A DNA stretch of 64,000 bases from Anaerolineae bacterium (GTDB taxonomy: Bacteria > Chloroflexota > Anaerolineae > UBA1429), in assembly GCA_963675785.1 (NCBI GenBank), contig OY776562.1, positions 896,001 through 960,000 on the forward strand. The letters are read 5' to 3'. Below the pieces are notes generated by a model that saw only the letters and a list, made by a program, of their open reading frames with translations, had not been told where the DNA came from and made no database searches. Positions 27,788-37,631 of the stretch are shown piece by piece. The position numbers and the translations under genes are program-made. Numbering within the stretch: the first letter of the stretch is position 1; each line of letters begins with the position of its first letter.

Positions 27788-29806
27788 TTAGTGATTCTCG
27801 GGGTCGTCATAGTAGAACGTGGCGCAGTTGAGCACGGAGATACCGTGGGTCAACCATCCTTCAGGGTAACCAGCGACATAGTTGTGCAGATGCTTGTTCT
27901 TGATGACAGGAGTCGGTGCCTCACCCAGGTAGCCCTGCATGGGCATTTCTTCCTTCCAGACGTCGAGGATCTGATGGAACATGCTGGTGCGGGTGGCTTC
28001 GTCACCCTCGACCTTGATCTGATCCCAGAGGTCCCACATGGTGCGAATCCAGTGATCCGCAGGGGGCTCTTCGGCATTCGGCTGGGTTGGGTCATTGCGC
28101 CACTGACCCCAGGCGTCAGCCCACGGACGTTGGGTGTTGGTGCCGATAAAGATACCCGGGTCCAGCAGCGGCATGACCGTACGGTCGGCGCTCCAGGTGC
28201 CGCAGAGCATATCGTTAGCCTGCTGATGCTCTTCGTAGAGGGAGCGCTCAGAGTACTTGTAGACAGCCTTGATGCCGATGGCTCCCCAGTACTGGGAGAC
28301 GAGGATCATGGCATCTTCATAGGGTGAGCCAGAAGGCTCGAGGCCTTCCATCTCAAAGGAGATGATCTCGCCGGTCTCGGGGAAGAGGCGGTAGCCGTCA
28401 GCGCTCTTTTCACTATAGCCAGCAGCATCCAGCAGATCGTTGGCCTTGTCCGGATCGTACTCGAGGTTGGAATAGGCCTGCTCTGGGTAGAAGAGCGGGT
28501 CAACGCTCAAGGGGCTGTACTGCATGGGCGTGTAGAGGCCGTCATAGATGAGTTCGTTCATCTCATCGCGGTTGACGGCATAGTTCATGGCGAAACGGAC
28601 GTCACGGGTGTTAAAGAAGGTGCGCAGCTCTTCCTGCTTGCAGGTGAGGTTGGGCTGCACGGCGATGATGCCTGAGCCAAGAGCGATGAGTACGTCATAT
28701 CCGCCAGCGTCTTCATTCTCTTTGAAGAGGGTAAAGTTGGCCGAGTCGACGTGACGGGCCTGCATGTCGATTTCACCATTGACAATCCACATGTTGTAGA
28801 CGTCAACTGTCTCAAACAGGCGGTAGGTGATGTAGTCGATATAGGGGAGCTGATTGCCCTCTTCGTCGACCATCCAGCAGTAGTAGTTGCGCTCGGTGAT
28901 GACCAGTTCGTTGGCTGCTTCGTTGGTATAGAGCCAAACGTCGAGTCGGGGCACTTCAGGGTTGAGATGCTCCTGGCGCTTTTCTGTAAAGAGGGCAGCC
29001 CAGTCAGCGTACTGACCATCAGCGACCATAGCAGCCAGGGCAGTGGCGTCAGCAAAGTCGGCATGGTACTGTTCGAGATAAAAGCCCGGCATCATGGGGA
29101 ACTCACGCCAGATGACGGAGTAACCAAAGAGCGGGTTGGGGTCGGCAAAGGTGAGGATGAAGGTAAAGTCGTCGACTACTTCAAGGGTGCACATCTGCAG
29201 TGTGTCGCCCGAGCCGGTTTTGTAGGCGCCGATGCCGGAAGGGTTGAGTACCGTGTTCATGGCATAGTTATCCCACCACCACTGGACGTCTTCGGTGGTC
29301 AGGGGGGTGCCATCAGACCAGCAAGTGCCAGCACGGAGGTGCCAGGTCCAGGTGGTGGCGTCGGCGCTCATCTCCCATGATTCGGCCAACATAGCAGTGA
29401 TGGTCAGATCCGGGTTGAAGCGGGTGAGGCTGTTCCAGTTCATGTAGGTCTGGCCGGTGACGTCAGAGACGCCCTTGAATCCGCAGCGCCAGGTTCCGCC
29501 GTATAGACCGATGCTCTCTGCCACGGGGAGCACGGCCGGGTTTTCAGGGATACGATCTTCAACAGCAGGGATCTCTCCAGCTGCGACTTTATCTGCCAGC
29601 ATGGGGGCTTCGTTGAAGCGAGATACGGCGGTAACTTCGGTGGGGACTGCGGTTGCTTCACCGCCGCTGGCGGCAGTGGTTGCCGTTGGGGCGGTAGTCG
29701 CGGCAGCTTCGGGGGTGGCAGTAGGCTGTGCACAGGCTGCAGCTACGGTTGCTGCTGTTGCGAGAGCAGATACACGAACAAATTCTCTACGCGAAAGCTT
29801 TTCCAT
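27788..29806 (-). CDS. Family-5 (DppA/OppA-like) ABC solute-binding lipoprotein, Tat signal; copy 1
   Basis: Twin-arginine SRREF and lipobox AAAC, Ala/Thr linker, EAPML...VEDRIPENP, YGGT, LAESWE, WSDGTP and GNQLPYID. Confidence 0.9.
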   Translation of the reverse strand: MEKLSRREFVRVSALATAATVAAACAQPTATPEAAATTAPTATTAASGGEATAVPTEVTAVSRFNEAPMLADKVAAGEIPAVEDRIPENPAVLPVAESIGLYGGTWRCGFKGVSDVTGQTYMNWNSLTRFNPDLTITAMLAESWEMSADATTWTWHLRAGTCWSDGTPLTTEDVQWWWDNYAMNTVLNPSGIGAYKTGSGDTLQMCTLEVVDDFTFILTFADPNPLFGYSVIWREFPMMPGFYLEQYHADFADATALAAMVADGQYADWAALFTEKRQEHLNPEVPRLDVWLYTNEAANELVITERNYYCWMVDEEGNQLPYIDYITYRLFETVDVYNMWIVNGEIDMQARHVDSANFTLFKENEDAGGYDVLIALGSGIIAVQPNLTCKQEELRTFFNTRDVRFAMNYAVNRDEMNELIYDGLYTPMQYSPLSVDPLFYPEQAYSNLEYDPDKANDLLDAAGYSEKSADGYRLFPETGEIISFEMEGLEPSGSPYEDAMILVSQYWGAIGIKAVYKYSERSLYEEHQQANDMLCGTWSADRTVMPLLDPGIFIGTNTQRPWADAWGQWRNDPTQPNAEEPPADHWIRTMWDLWDQIKVEGDEATRTSMFHQILDVWKEEMPMQGYLGEAPTPVIKNKHLHNYVAGYPEGWLTHGISVLNCATFYYDDPENH

Positions 29807-29926
29807 GTCTCTCCTTCTATTCTGCGAAACCTTTGTCTTGCTCTACCGCCGTTTAGGCGACGGCTTGCGGCAGAGATACGCAGTTTTACCCGCATATTGC
29901 ATCCTCCAACCACGCAGAGCATCTAA

Positions 29927-29955
29927 ATTATAAAGCCTACTAGAAACTCTGTCAA
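29927..29955 (-). promoter_or_regulatory. Consensus sigma70 promoter for solute-binding protein copy 1
   Basis: The minus strand reads TTGACA-17 nt-TATAAT. Confidence 0.75.
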
Positions 29956-30227
29956 CTAGGTATGATGGCCTAGTTAGCAGTAGGCGATGCGCACGGGCTT
30001 TGCTGGGGTTTAGGACGGAGTTTTATTTTATCTAGTTTATTACATATTTGGTCTTTTAATGATACTGTTCAAATTGTGATATGGCTTACTATGTGTAGAA
30101 AAACCATTGAATTTGAGAATAGAAAACGGATGTGCACATTGGATATTGCGCACATCCGTTTCTTTTACCTTGTTCGGTGGAACTCGTTTGTAGTAAACGA
30201 CCTGATTGCGATAAAGGTTAGCTACAT

Positions 30228-30257
30228 GCCGGCCTCCAGAACTTTGAGGAGGCCGGC
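30228..30257 (-). terminator. Hairpin downstream of solute-binding protein copy 2
   Basis: Stem gccggcctcc/ggaggccggc. Confidence 0.55.
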
Positions 30258-30280
30258 TTTTGCTTACCGTTTACAAGGGT

Positions 30281-32302
30281 TTAGTGATTCTCAGGGTCGT
30301 CATAGTAGAAGGTGGGGCAGTTGAGCACGGAGATACCGTGGGTCAACCAGCCTTCAGGGTAACCGCCAACATAGTTGTGCATGTGCTTGTTCTTGATGAC
30401 GGGATAAGGTGCCTCACCCAGGTAGCCCTGCATGGGCATTTCTTCCTTCCAGACATCGAGGATCTGATGGAACATGCTGGTACGGGTAGCTTCGTCACCC
30501 TCGACCTTGATCTGATCCCAGAGGTCCCAAATAGTGCGAATCCAGTGATCCGCAGGGGGCTCTTCGGCATTCGGCTGGGTTGGGTCATTGTACCATTGGC
30601 CCCAAGCGTCAGCCCAGGGGCGTTGGGTGTTGTTGCCAATAAAGATGTTGTCCGGGGCGAGCAGCGTCATGACCGTACGGTCGGCGCTCCAGGTGCCGCA
30701 GAGCATTTCGTTGGCCTGCTGATGCTCTTCGTAGAGGGAGCGCTCAGAGTACTTGTAGACAGCCTTGATGCCGATGGCTTGCCAGTACTGGGAGACAAGG
30801 ATCATGGCATCTTCATAGGGTGAGCCAGAAGGCTCGAGGCCTTCCATCTCAAAGGAGATGATCTCGCCAGTCTCGGGGAAGAGGCGGTAGCCGTCAGCGC
30901 TCTTTTCACTATAGCCAGCAGCATCCAGCAGATCGTTGGCCTTGTCCGGATCGTACTCTAGGTTTGCGTAGGCCTGCTCAGGATAAGCGAGCGGGTCAAC
31001 GCTCAAGGGGCTGTACTGCATGGGTACCTGGAGGCCGTCATAGATGAGTTCGTTCATTTCATCGCGGTTGACGGCAAAGTTCAGGGCGAAACGAACGTCG
31101 CGGACGTTAAAGAAGGTGCGCAGTTCTGGCTGCTTGCAGGTTAGGTTGGGCTGCACGGCGATAATGCTGGCACTAAGAGCAAGGAGCACGTCATATCCGC
31201 CAGCGTCTTCATTCTCTTTGAAGAGGGTAAAGTTGGCCGAGTCGATGTGACGGGCCTGCATGTCGATTTCACCATTGACGACCCACATGTTAAAGACATC
31301 AATCGTCTCAAACAGGCGGTAATTGATATAGTCAACGTAGGGGAGCTGGTTGCCCTCTTCGTCGACCATCCAGCAGTAGGCATTGCGCTCGGTGATGACC
31401 AGTTCGTTGGCCGCTTCGTTGGTATAGAGCCAAACGTCGAGTCGGGGCACTTCAGGGTTGAGGTGCTCCTGGCGCTTTTCTGTAAAGAGGGCAGCCCAGT
31501 CGGCGTACTGACCATCAGCGACCATGGCAGCCAGTGCAGTGGCGTCAGCAAAGTCGGCATGGTACTGTTCGAGATAGTAGCCCGGCATCATGGGGAACTC
31601 ACGCCAGATGACGAGATAGCCAAAGAGCGGGTTGGGATGGGCAAAGGTAAGGATGAAAGTAAAGTCGTCAACGACCTCAAGAGCGCACATCTGTGAATCG
31701 TCGCCCGAGCCGGTCTTGAAGGCGCTAATGCCGGAAGGGTTAAGGACCGTGTTCATGGCATAGTTATCGTACCACCACTGGACGTCTTCGGTGGTCAGGG
31801 GGGTGCCGTCAGACCAGCAAGTACCAGCACGGAGGTGCCAGGTCCAGGTGGTGGCGTCGGCGCTCATCTCCCATGATTCGGCCAACATAGCAGTGATGGT
31901 CAGATCCGGGTTGAAGCGGGTGAGGCTGTTCCAGTTCATGTAGGTCTGGCCGGTGACGTCGGAGACGCCCTTGAATCCGCAACGCCAGGTGCCGCCGTAC
32001 TGGCCAATGCTTTCTGCTACGGGAAGCACGGCCGGGTTTTCAGGGATACGATCTTCAACAGGAGGAAGCGCTCCAGCAGCGACTTTTTCTGCTAGCATGG
32101 GGGCTTCGTTGAAGCGAGATACGGCGGTAACTTCGGTGGGGACTGCGGTTGCTTCACCGCCGCTGGCGGCAGTGGTTGCCGTTGGGGCGGTAGTCGCGGC
32201 AGCTTCGGGGGTGGCAGTAGGCTGCGCACAGGCTGCAGCTACGGTTGCTGCTGTTGCAAGAGCGGACACACGAACAAATTCTCTACGCGAAAGCTTTTCC
32301 AT
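30281..32302 (-). CDS. Family-5 ABC solute-binding lipoprotein, Tat signal; copy 2 (near-identical paralogue)
   Basis: Same motifs as copy 1. The N-terminal ~70 aa are identical and there are long identical blocks throughout. Confidence 0.9.
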   Translation of the reverse strand: MEKLSRREFVRVSALATAATVAAACAQPTATPEAAATTAPTATTAASGGEATAVPTEVTAVSRFNEAPMLAEKVAAGALPPVEDRIPENPAVLPVAESIGQYGGTWRCGFKGVSDVTGQTYMNWNSLTRFNPDLTITAMLAESWEMSADATTWTWHLRAGTCWSDGTPLTTEDVQWWYDNYAMNTVLNPSGISAFKTGSGDDSQMCALEVVDDFTFILTFAHPNPLFGYLVIWREFPMMPGYYLEQYHADFADATALAAMVADGQYADWAALFTEKRQEHLNPEVPRLDVWLYTNEAANELVITERNAYCWMVDEEGNQLPYVDYINYRLFETIDVFNMWVVNGEIDMQARHIDSANFTLFKENEDAGGYDVLLALSASIIAVQPNLTCKQPELRTFFNVRDVRFALNFAVNRDEMNELIYDGLQVPMQYSPLSVDPLAYPEQAYANLEYDPDKANDLLDAAGYSEKSADGYRLFPETGEIISFEMEGLEPSGSPYEDAMILVSQYWQAIGIKAVYKYSERSLYEEHQQANEMLCGTWSADRTVMTLLAPDNIFIGNNTQRPWADAWGQWYNDPTQPNAEEPPADHWIRTIWDLWDQIKVEGDEATRTSMFHQILDVWKEEMPMQGYLGEAPYPVIKNKHMHNYVGGYPEGWLTHGISVLNCPTFYYDDPENH

Positions 32303-32393
32303 TTTTCTCCTTGTATCAAACTTGCCAATTTTACTCTATCTACATGTAGGTAGGGTACTCCTTATGACCATCCGTATCATAAGGAACAAGTAG

Positions 32394-32421
32394 AGTATAG
32401 TGCCTACATGAACAATGTCAA
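32394..32421 (-). promoter_or_regulatory. Sigma70-type promoter for solute-binding protein copy 2
   Basis: The minus strand reads TTGACA-16 nt-TATACT. Confidence 0.6.
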
Positions 32422-32591
32422 CTGAATATTAAGGCCTATCCGGGTGTGGCTGTTTACCTTGCTTTTTATTGTCAAGATGGGTCATCTGGCCATTTGGGGT
32501 TGTTGATTCTAAAAGAGGTTGCAGGCGCAGATTCTGAGGGGGAACAGGGGGATATGCGGGATGTGGACAGCGAGTAGTAACAACATGCAAA

Positions 32592-32625
32592 AACACGGGT
32601 GCTCAACATTGTGAGCACCCGTGTT
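32592..32625 (-). terminator. Terminator of liv/amidohydrolase operon
   Basis: Stem aacacgggtgctca/tgagcacccgtgtt, preceded by an A-run on the + strand. Confidence 0.8.
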
Positions 32626-32647
32626 GGTTTAGATGGTAGGGCGAGTA

Positions 32648-34231
32648 TCAGCCTTTGTAGACGATTTGCCCGTCTACGATGGTGGCTAGCACGCCAGCAT
32701 CCAGAATCTCCATGGGATCTATTTCATAGATGTCGCGCTTGAAAATCGAAATATCGGCCAGTTTTCCTGGTTCAAGGGAGCCCAGCTTGTTTGACATGCC
32801 TGCTGCTGCGGCGGCGCCCTGGGTAAAGCCCTGCACGGCTTGATCTACGGTAAGACGCTCGTCAGGATGCCAGCCTTCTGCGTTGGGCGTGCCGTCTGCT
32901 CGGCGGCGGGTTACGGTAGCATGAATGCCTACAAGCGGATCAATAACCTCGACGGGGCAGTCCGAGCCAAAGGCCAGGGTGGTACCCATATCCAGCAGGG
33001 TTTTAAAGGCATAAGCGCCGTAAGAGCGTGAGCCCAGATGTTTGTCCGAGATATACATATCTGAGGTGGCGTGGATGGGCTGCATGGAAGCGATGACGCC
33101 GTTTTCAACCAATCGAGGCAGGTCTTCAGGGCTGAGGATCTGGGCGTGCTCGAGGCGATTGATCACCTGATCACCATAGGCTGCATGTGCCTCTGCAAAG
33201 ACATCGATCATCTCGCGGCAAGCGCGGTCGCCGATGGCGTGCACCGCAGCGCCCAAACCATTCGCATTGGCCTTGAGTACGGATTCGCGCAGTATTTCGA
33301 TGGGGGTGGTGGCAATGCCGGTGTTATCCGGTGCGTCTTCAAAACCCTTGAGCATCCAGGCTGTACGCGAACCAATGGCGCCATCAGCAAACATCTTTAC
33401 CTGGCCGATATGAAGCATATCATCGCCCAAGCCGCTACGAACGCCCGTTGCGATGGCAGCATCAAGTTTCTCCAGGGGAATACTCTTGGTGATGCGCATC
33501 TGGAGATCGCCGCGCTGATGCAGCACTTGCAGTGCCTCGAACGACTCGGTGGGATCCATATCATGCAGCCCCGTCAATCCTTTGCTGTGGCACAGGGCGA
33601 TGGCGCCGTGAATGGCCTCGGCGGCCTGATTCAGGTCGGGAAGAGGAATCAGACTGTTGACCAAGTCAATAGCTGTATCTTCCAGCAGGATGCCTGAAGG
33701 GTTGCCGTCGGCGTCATGGACAATCTCGCCACCATCCGGATCGGGCGTCAAAGCGTCGATACAGGCCAGTTTGAGGGCAGCGCTGTTTACCCAAACGGCG
33801 TGACCGCTCTTGTGTGTGAGCAGGACGGGATGATTTGGCGCAACGGCATCGAGATCGGCAGCGGTGGGGAATATGCCATCCCAGGCATTATGGTTCCAGC
33901 CGCGACCCAGTACCCAACCACCTGTCGGTGTGTTGGCAGCCGTCTCGGCAACGCGATCCAGCAGTTCCTGCTTGGTCGGTGTTTCGGCCTCGATGCGTTT
34001 GAGTGAAAGTGCCAACCACAGCAAGTGCATGTGGCAATCCTGTAGGCCGGGGACAGCACAACCACCTTGAAGGTCGATGCGTTCTGTGTTGGGGCTGGCC
34101 ATGGCCAAGATGGTGGCATCATCACCTACGGCCAAGATTTTGTTGCCGGATATTGCCAGAGCCGACACCTCGCTCAAGGCGGCGTCGAGGGTATGAATAC
34201 GGCCATTGAAAAGGATGATATCTGCAGTCAC
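32648..34231 (-). CDS. Amidohydrolase-3 (YtcJ-like) metal-dependent hydrolase
   Basis: Motifs PGLQDCHMH, KMFADG, HAIGD, RLEHAQ, GSDCP and GSLEPGKLAD. GTG start at 34231 follows GGAG. Confidence 0.9.
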   Translation of the reverse strand: MTADIILFNGRIHTLDAALSEVSALAISGNKILAVGDDATILAMASPNTERIDLQGGCAVPGLQDCHMHLLWLALSLKRIEAETPTKQELLDRVAETAANTPTGGWVLGRGWNHNAWDGIFPTAADLDAVAPNHPVLLTHKSGHAVWVNSAALKLACIDALTPDPDGGEIVHDADGNPSGILLEDTAIDLVNSLIPLPDLNQAAEAIHGAIALCHSKGLTGLHDMDPTESFEALQVLHQRGDLQMRITKSIPLEKLDAAIATGVRSGLGDDMLHIGQVKMFADGAIGSRTAWMLKGFEDAPDNTGIATTPIEILRESVLKANANGLGAAVHAIGDRACREMIDVFAEAHAAYGDQVINRLEHAQILSPEDLPRLVENGVIASMQPIHATSDMYISDKHLGSRSYGAYAFKTLLDMGTTLAFGSDCPVEVIDPLVGIHATVTRRRADGTPNAEGWHPDERLTVDQAVQGFTQGAAAAAGMSNKLGSLEPGKLADISIFKRDIYEIDPMEILDAGVLATIVDGQIVYKG

Positions 34232-34247
34232 GATTATCTCCACATTT

Positions 34248-34976
34248 CTAACGGGCAACGCCCAGATAGCTTTCGCGTACGCGTGGGTCGTTTAACAAGT
34301 CGGAACCTTTGCCGGACATGATGATCTCTCCGGTGCGCAGCACATAGGCGCGATGGGAGAGCCTGAGGGCCATGGAAGCATTTTGTTCGACGAGCAGAAC
34401 GGTCAATCCCTGCTCTTTGTTCAACTGAACGATGGTTTTGAAGAGATCCTGGATGATGAGCGGTGCGAGACCCAGCGATGGTTCATCCAAAAGCAATACA
34501 CGCGGATTGGTCATCAGGGCGCGGCCCACAGCGAGCATCTGTTGTTCACCGCCAGACAGCGTGCCACCGAGTTGGTCAATACGCTCTTTGAGGATGGGAA
34601 ATAACTGAAAGACCAATTCCAGATTCTGCTCACGCTCTTCATGGTCGCGACGTGTATAGGCGCCGAGCCTGAGGTTTTCTCGTACAGAAAGCGGCGCAAA
34701 GATACGGCGTCCCTCGGGCACCAGTGTAATGCCAGTTGTAACGACCTCGTCTGCATGCTTGGGGAGTTCTTGGCCTTCCAGCGAAACCATACCGGCAGAG
34801 CGGGTTACAACACCAGAAATGGCATTGAGCAGGGTGGATTTACCGGCGCCATTGGCCCCGATCACCGAAATGATCTCTCCACGGTTGACATAAAGAGAAA
34901 CATCCCGAAGGGCGTGAATGCCGCCGTAATGTACATCCAGGTGATCTATCAGGAGGAAAGGGCTGCTATCAGACAT
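34248..34976 (-). CDS. livF: Branched-chain amino acid-type ABC ATPase LivF
   Basis: Motifs GANGAGKS, VPEGRRIF, LSGGEQQM, LDEPSLGLAP and VEQNA. Confidence 0.9.
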   Translation of the reverse strand: MSDSSPFLLIDHLDVHYGGIHALRDVSLYVNRGEIISVIGANGAGKSTLLNAISGVVTRSAGMVSLEGQELPKHADEVVTTGITLVPEGRRIFAPLSVRENLRLGAYTRRDHEEREQNLELVFQLFPILKERIDQLGGTLSGGEQQMLAVGRALMTNPRVLLLDEPSLGLAPLIIQDLFKTIVQLNKEQGLTVLLVEQNASMALRLSHRAYVLRTGEIIMSGKGSDLLNDPRVRESYLGVAR

Positions 34977-35757
34977 ACGATTCGTCCTTTTCACCGAGAT
35001 AGGCCTTGATGACGTGGGGATTACCCTGTACTTCTTGCGGGGTGCCCGCAGTCAGGATCTGTCCCAGGTTCAAGACATAGAGACGTGAGCCTTCGCAGAG
35101 TTCCATCACTACGTTCATGTGATGCTCAATGAGCATAATCGCATAGCCCATTTCGGTATGGATGTTGCGAATGGTTCGGATGAGGTCGTCGCATTCGTCT
35201 TCGTTCATGCCAGCAGCCGGCTCATCCAGCAGCAGCAATTCAGGCGAGGTGGCCATTGCGCGGGCCAGTTCCAGGCGGCGCTGCAAGCCATAAGGCAGGC
35301 TATTGGCTCGTTCAAGGGCCAGACTCTTGAGCCCTACCATGTCGAGCAGTTCATACACGGCTATGCTGCTCTGTTCCTCGGTGCGAACGGCGGCTGGTGT
35401 TCTGACGAATGCCTCGATCAAAGAATACTGTGGTCTGGCATGCAGCCCCAGGGCTACGTTCTCATACGCTGTCATCTCGGGAAACAAGCGGATGTTCTGA
35501 AAAGTGCGGGAAATGCCCAAGTGGCAAAGTTGATCAGACCGTTTGCCGGCTATCGATTGTCCCTTGAAGAGGATTTTTCCTTCAGTGGGGGGGATAGAGC
35601 CGGTTATCAGGTTAAAGATGGTCGTTTTACCGGCACCGTTGGGGCCGATGATCCCTACAAACTCTCCGGGATCGATGTAGATGCTCACGTCATTGACAGC
35701 CCGAAGACCGCCAAATTGCACCGTTACATTCTGAAGATCAAGGATATGATCACTCAT
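34969..35757 (-). CDS. livG: Branched-chain amino acid-type ABC ATPase LivG
   Basis: Motifs FGGLRAV, GPNGAGKTT, RTFQNIRLF, LPYG.QRRLE, LDEPAAG and VIKAYLG. Confidence 0.9.
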   Translation of the reverse strand: MSDHILDLQNVTVQFGGLRAVNDVSIYIDPGEFVGIIGPNGAGKTTIFNLITGSIPPTEGKILFKGQSIAGKRSDQLCHLGISRTFQNIRLFPEMTAYENVALGLHARPQYSLIEAFVRTPAAVRTEEQSSIAVYELLDMVGLKSLALERANSLPYGLQRRLELARAMATSPELLLLDEPAAGMNEDECDDLIRTIRNIHTEMGYAIMLIEHHMNVVMELCEGSRLYVLNLGQILTAGTPQEVQGNPHVIKAYLGEKDESYV

Positions 35758-36653
35758 GCCGCATCCACCTTGGCCTTGCGCCGAATGCCCAGGCGAGCAT
35801 AGGCTGCTCTGATGGGAGCCAGATAGCGGCCGAGTTCAAGTTCATAGTATCCGAGTAAACCCTGCGGACGAAAGACCATGATAATGACGAACAAGGAACC
35901 GTACATGATCAGACGCCAGCTTTCCAGCGGCCTCAGGATCTCGGGTAGGGCGATGAGAACAAAACCGGCAATGGCCGGGCCAACCAGAGATTGCATACCG
36001 CCAAAAACGACAGCAGCCAGCAGATCGGATGATTTTGTGACCGTGAACATGGCCGGTGTGAGATAGGCCATGTAAAAAGCCAACAATCCACCAGCAAGGC
36101 CGCAGTAAACCGCGCTGACAAAGAGGGCTGTCATCTGGGTCTTGAGCACGTTAACGCCCATCATTTGTGCTGCGGTAGCATCCTGTTTGACGGCCAGGCA
36201 GTTGCGCCCCCATTGGGATTTGGTAAAGCTGTGGGCCAGAACAAAGGCCAGAAGCATGGCGATCAGTACCAACCAAGGAGAGGTGAGTTTGGGGATGCCC
36301 AGGTAGCCAATGGCGCCATTGATGATCTTGTAGGTATTATTGAGCACCAAACGCACAGCCTCGGCAAAACCAAGGGTGGCAATGGCGAAATAGTCACCAC
36401 GCAGCTGGCTGCGAAATGTGGGATAGCCGATGATCATGCTACAGAGTCCGGCAAAGAGAGCACCGAGGATCAAGGCTAGAATAAAGGGGACGCCGAGTTC
36501 CATATAGAGCACGGCGGCGGCGTATCCGCCAAGGGCCATATAAACCGAATGCCCCATGGAAAAGAGGCCAGTGTATCCGGTTAGAATCGCCAAGCCCAAA
36601 GCGGCAATGACCTGGATACCCCCGAGCACGAGAATGGTATTGAGATAACCCAT
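35754..36653 (-). CDS. livM: Branched-chain amino acid-type ABC permease LivM
   Basis: Motifs GYTGLFSMGH, LRGDYFAIATLGFAE and FRPQGL. Confidence 0.88.
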   Translation of the reverse strand: MGYLNTILVLGGIQVIAALGLAILTGYTGLFSMGHSVYMALGGYAAAVLYMELGVPFILALILGALFAGLCSMIIGYPTFRSQLRGDYFAIATLGFAEAVRLVLNNTYKIINGAIGYLGIPKLTSPWLVLIAMLLAFVLAHSFTKSQWGRNCLAVKQDATAAQMMGVNVLKTQMTALFVSAVYCGLAGGLLAFYMAYLTPAMFTVTKSSDLLAAVVFGGMQSLVGPAIAGFVLIALPEILRPLESWRLIMYGSLFVIIMVFRPQGLLGYYELELGRYLAPIRAAYARLGIRRKAKVDAA

Positions 36654-36680
36654 ATTGTGTCTCTTTCGTTCCTGTGCTGC

Positions 36681-37559
36681 TTAGAGCTTGTCGGCGTTCT
36701 TTTTGCCAAACAGGCCATTGGGGAGAAACAGCAAGATAATAATCAATAGAGAAAATGAAAATAGATCACGATAGATCGAAGAAGCATAGCCAGAGATCAT
36801 GGTCTCGATAATGCCAAGCATCAAGCTGGCCACTACGGCCCCCTCCAGGCTGCCCAAGCCGCCGATGATGCTGGCGATCATGGCTTTGATGGTGACCATA
36901 GAGCCGAGATAGGGATAAACGGCGTATTTGATGCCATAGAATACGCCGCTGATGGCGGAAAGTCCGCCTGTTACACCAAAAATGAGAAATGCTACTTTGT
37001 CATTATCGATGCCCATGAGGCTGGCAGTGGTCATATCGATGGCACTTGCACGAATGCCCAAACCGGCCTTGGTGCGATACAGGAACAGATATAGCCCGAC
37101 CAGTGCTGCAAAGGACAAGACTGCTGCCAGCAGGTCCATCTTGCCGATAGCCACGCCACCCAGTTGGAACGAACCGGTGGTTACTTCGGGAAAGCTGCGA
37201 AAGGCGCCGCCAAAAGCTTTGTTCATGATGTTGATAAGAGCGATATTAGCGCCCATAGCAGAGATCATCATGAAAAGGCGGGGGGCATTGCGGTTTCGCA
37301 GAGGCCGGTAGGCGATGCGTTCAACCGCTACAGAAAATAGCACTGTGGCGATGATTGCTACGAGGGTAGCCAACCAAAAAGGCAGATGGGCTAGTGAGAT
37401 GGTGTAAAAGCCCGCAAAGGCTCCTACAACCATGAATGCATCAAAGGCCCAGTTCGTAAAGTTGTATACGCTATAGACTAGCGCATAACCAACTGCGAGA
37501 AGCGCATAAACTGAGCCGATAGAGATTCCGCTAACGAGTTGCTGGAAGAAAAGCGTCAT
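36681..37559 (-). CDS. livH: Branched-chain amino acid-type ABC permease LivH
   Basis: Motifs QQLVSG...GSVYALLAVGY, ERIAYRPLR, GGLGS and PNGLFG. Confidence 0.88.
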   Translation of the reverse strand: MTLFFQQLVSGISIGSVYALLAVGYALVYSVYNFTNWAFDAFMVVGAFAGFYTISLAHLPFWLATLVAIIATVLFSVAVERIAYRPLRNRNAPRLFMMISAMGANIALINIMNKAFGGAFRSFPEVTTGSFQLGGVAIGKMDLLAAVLSFAALVGLYLFLYRTKAGLGIRASAIDMTTASLMGIDNDKVAFLIFGVTGGLSAISGVFYGIKYAVYPYLGSMVTIKAMIASIIGGLGSLEGAVVASLMLGIIETMISGYASSIYRDLFSFSLLIIILLFLPNGLFGKKNADKL

Positions 37560-37584
37560 TTAGGCAGGACCTTTTTCTTGCTGG

Positions 37585-37620
37585 GTCTGCCAGGGATGGC
37601 CTAAACACACCCCTGGCAGA
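37585..37620 (-). promoter_or_regulatory. Intercistronic hairpin between the binding-protein and permease genes
   Basis: Stem tctgccaggg/ccctggcaga at the position typical for differential mRNA stability or partial termination. Confidence 0.5.
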
Positions 37621-37631
37621 CTGGTTAAAGC

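Noticed and set aside
30076-30324. 82-aa ORF in the spacer between the solute-binding protein genes
   Set aside because: No ribosome-binding site or motif. It runs through hairpins and overlaps the antisense gene end.
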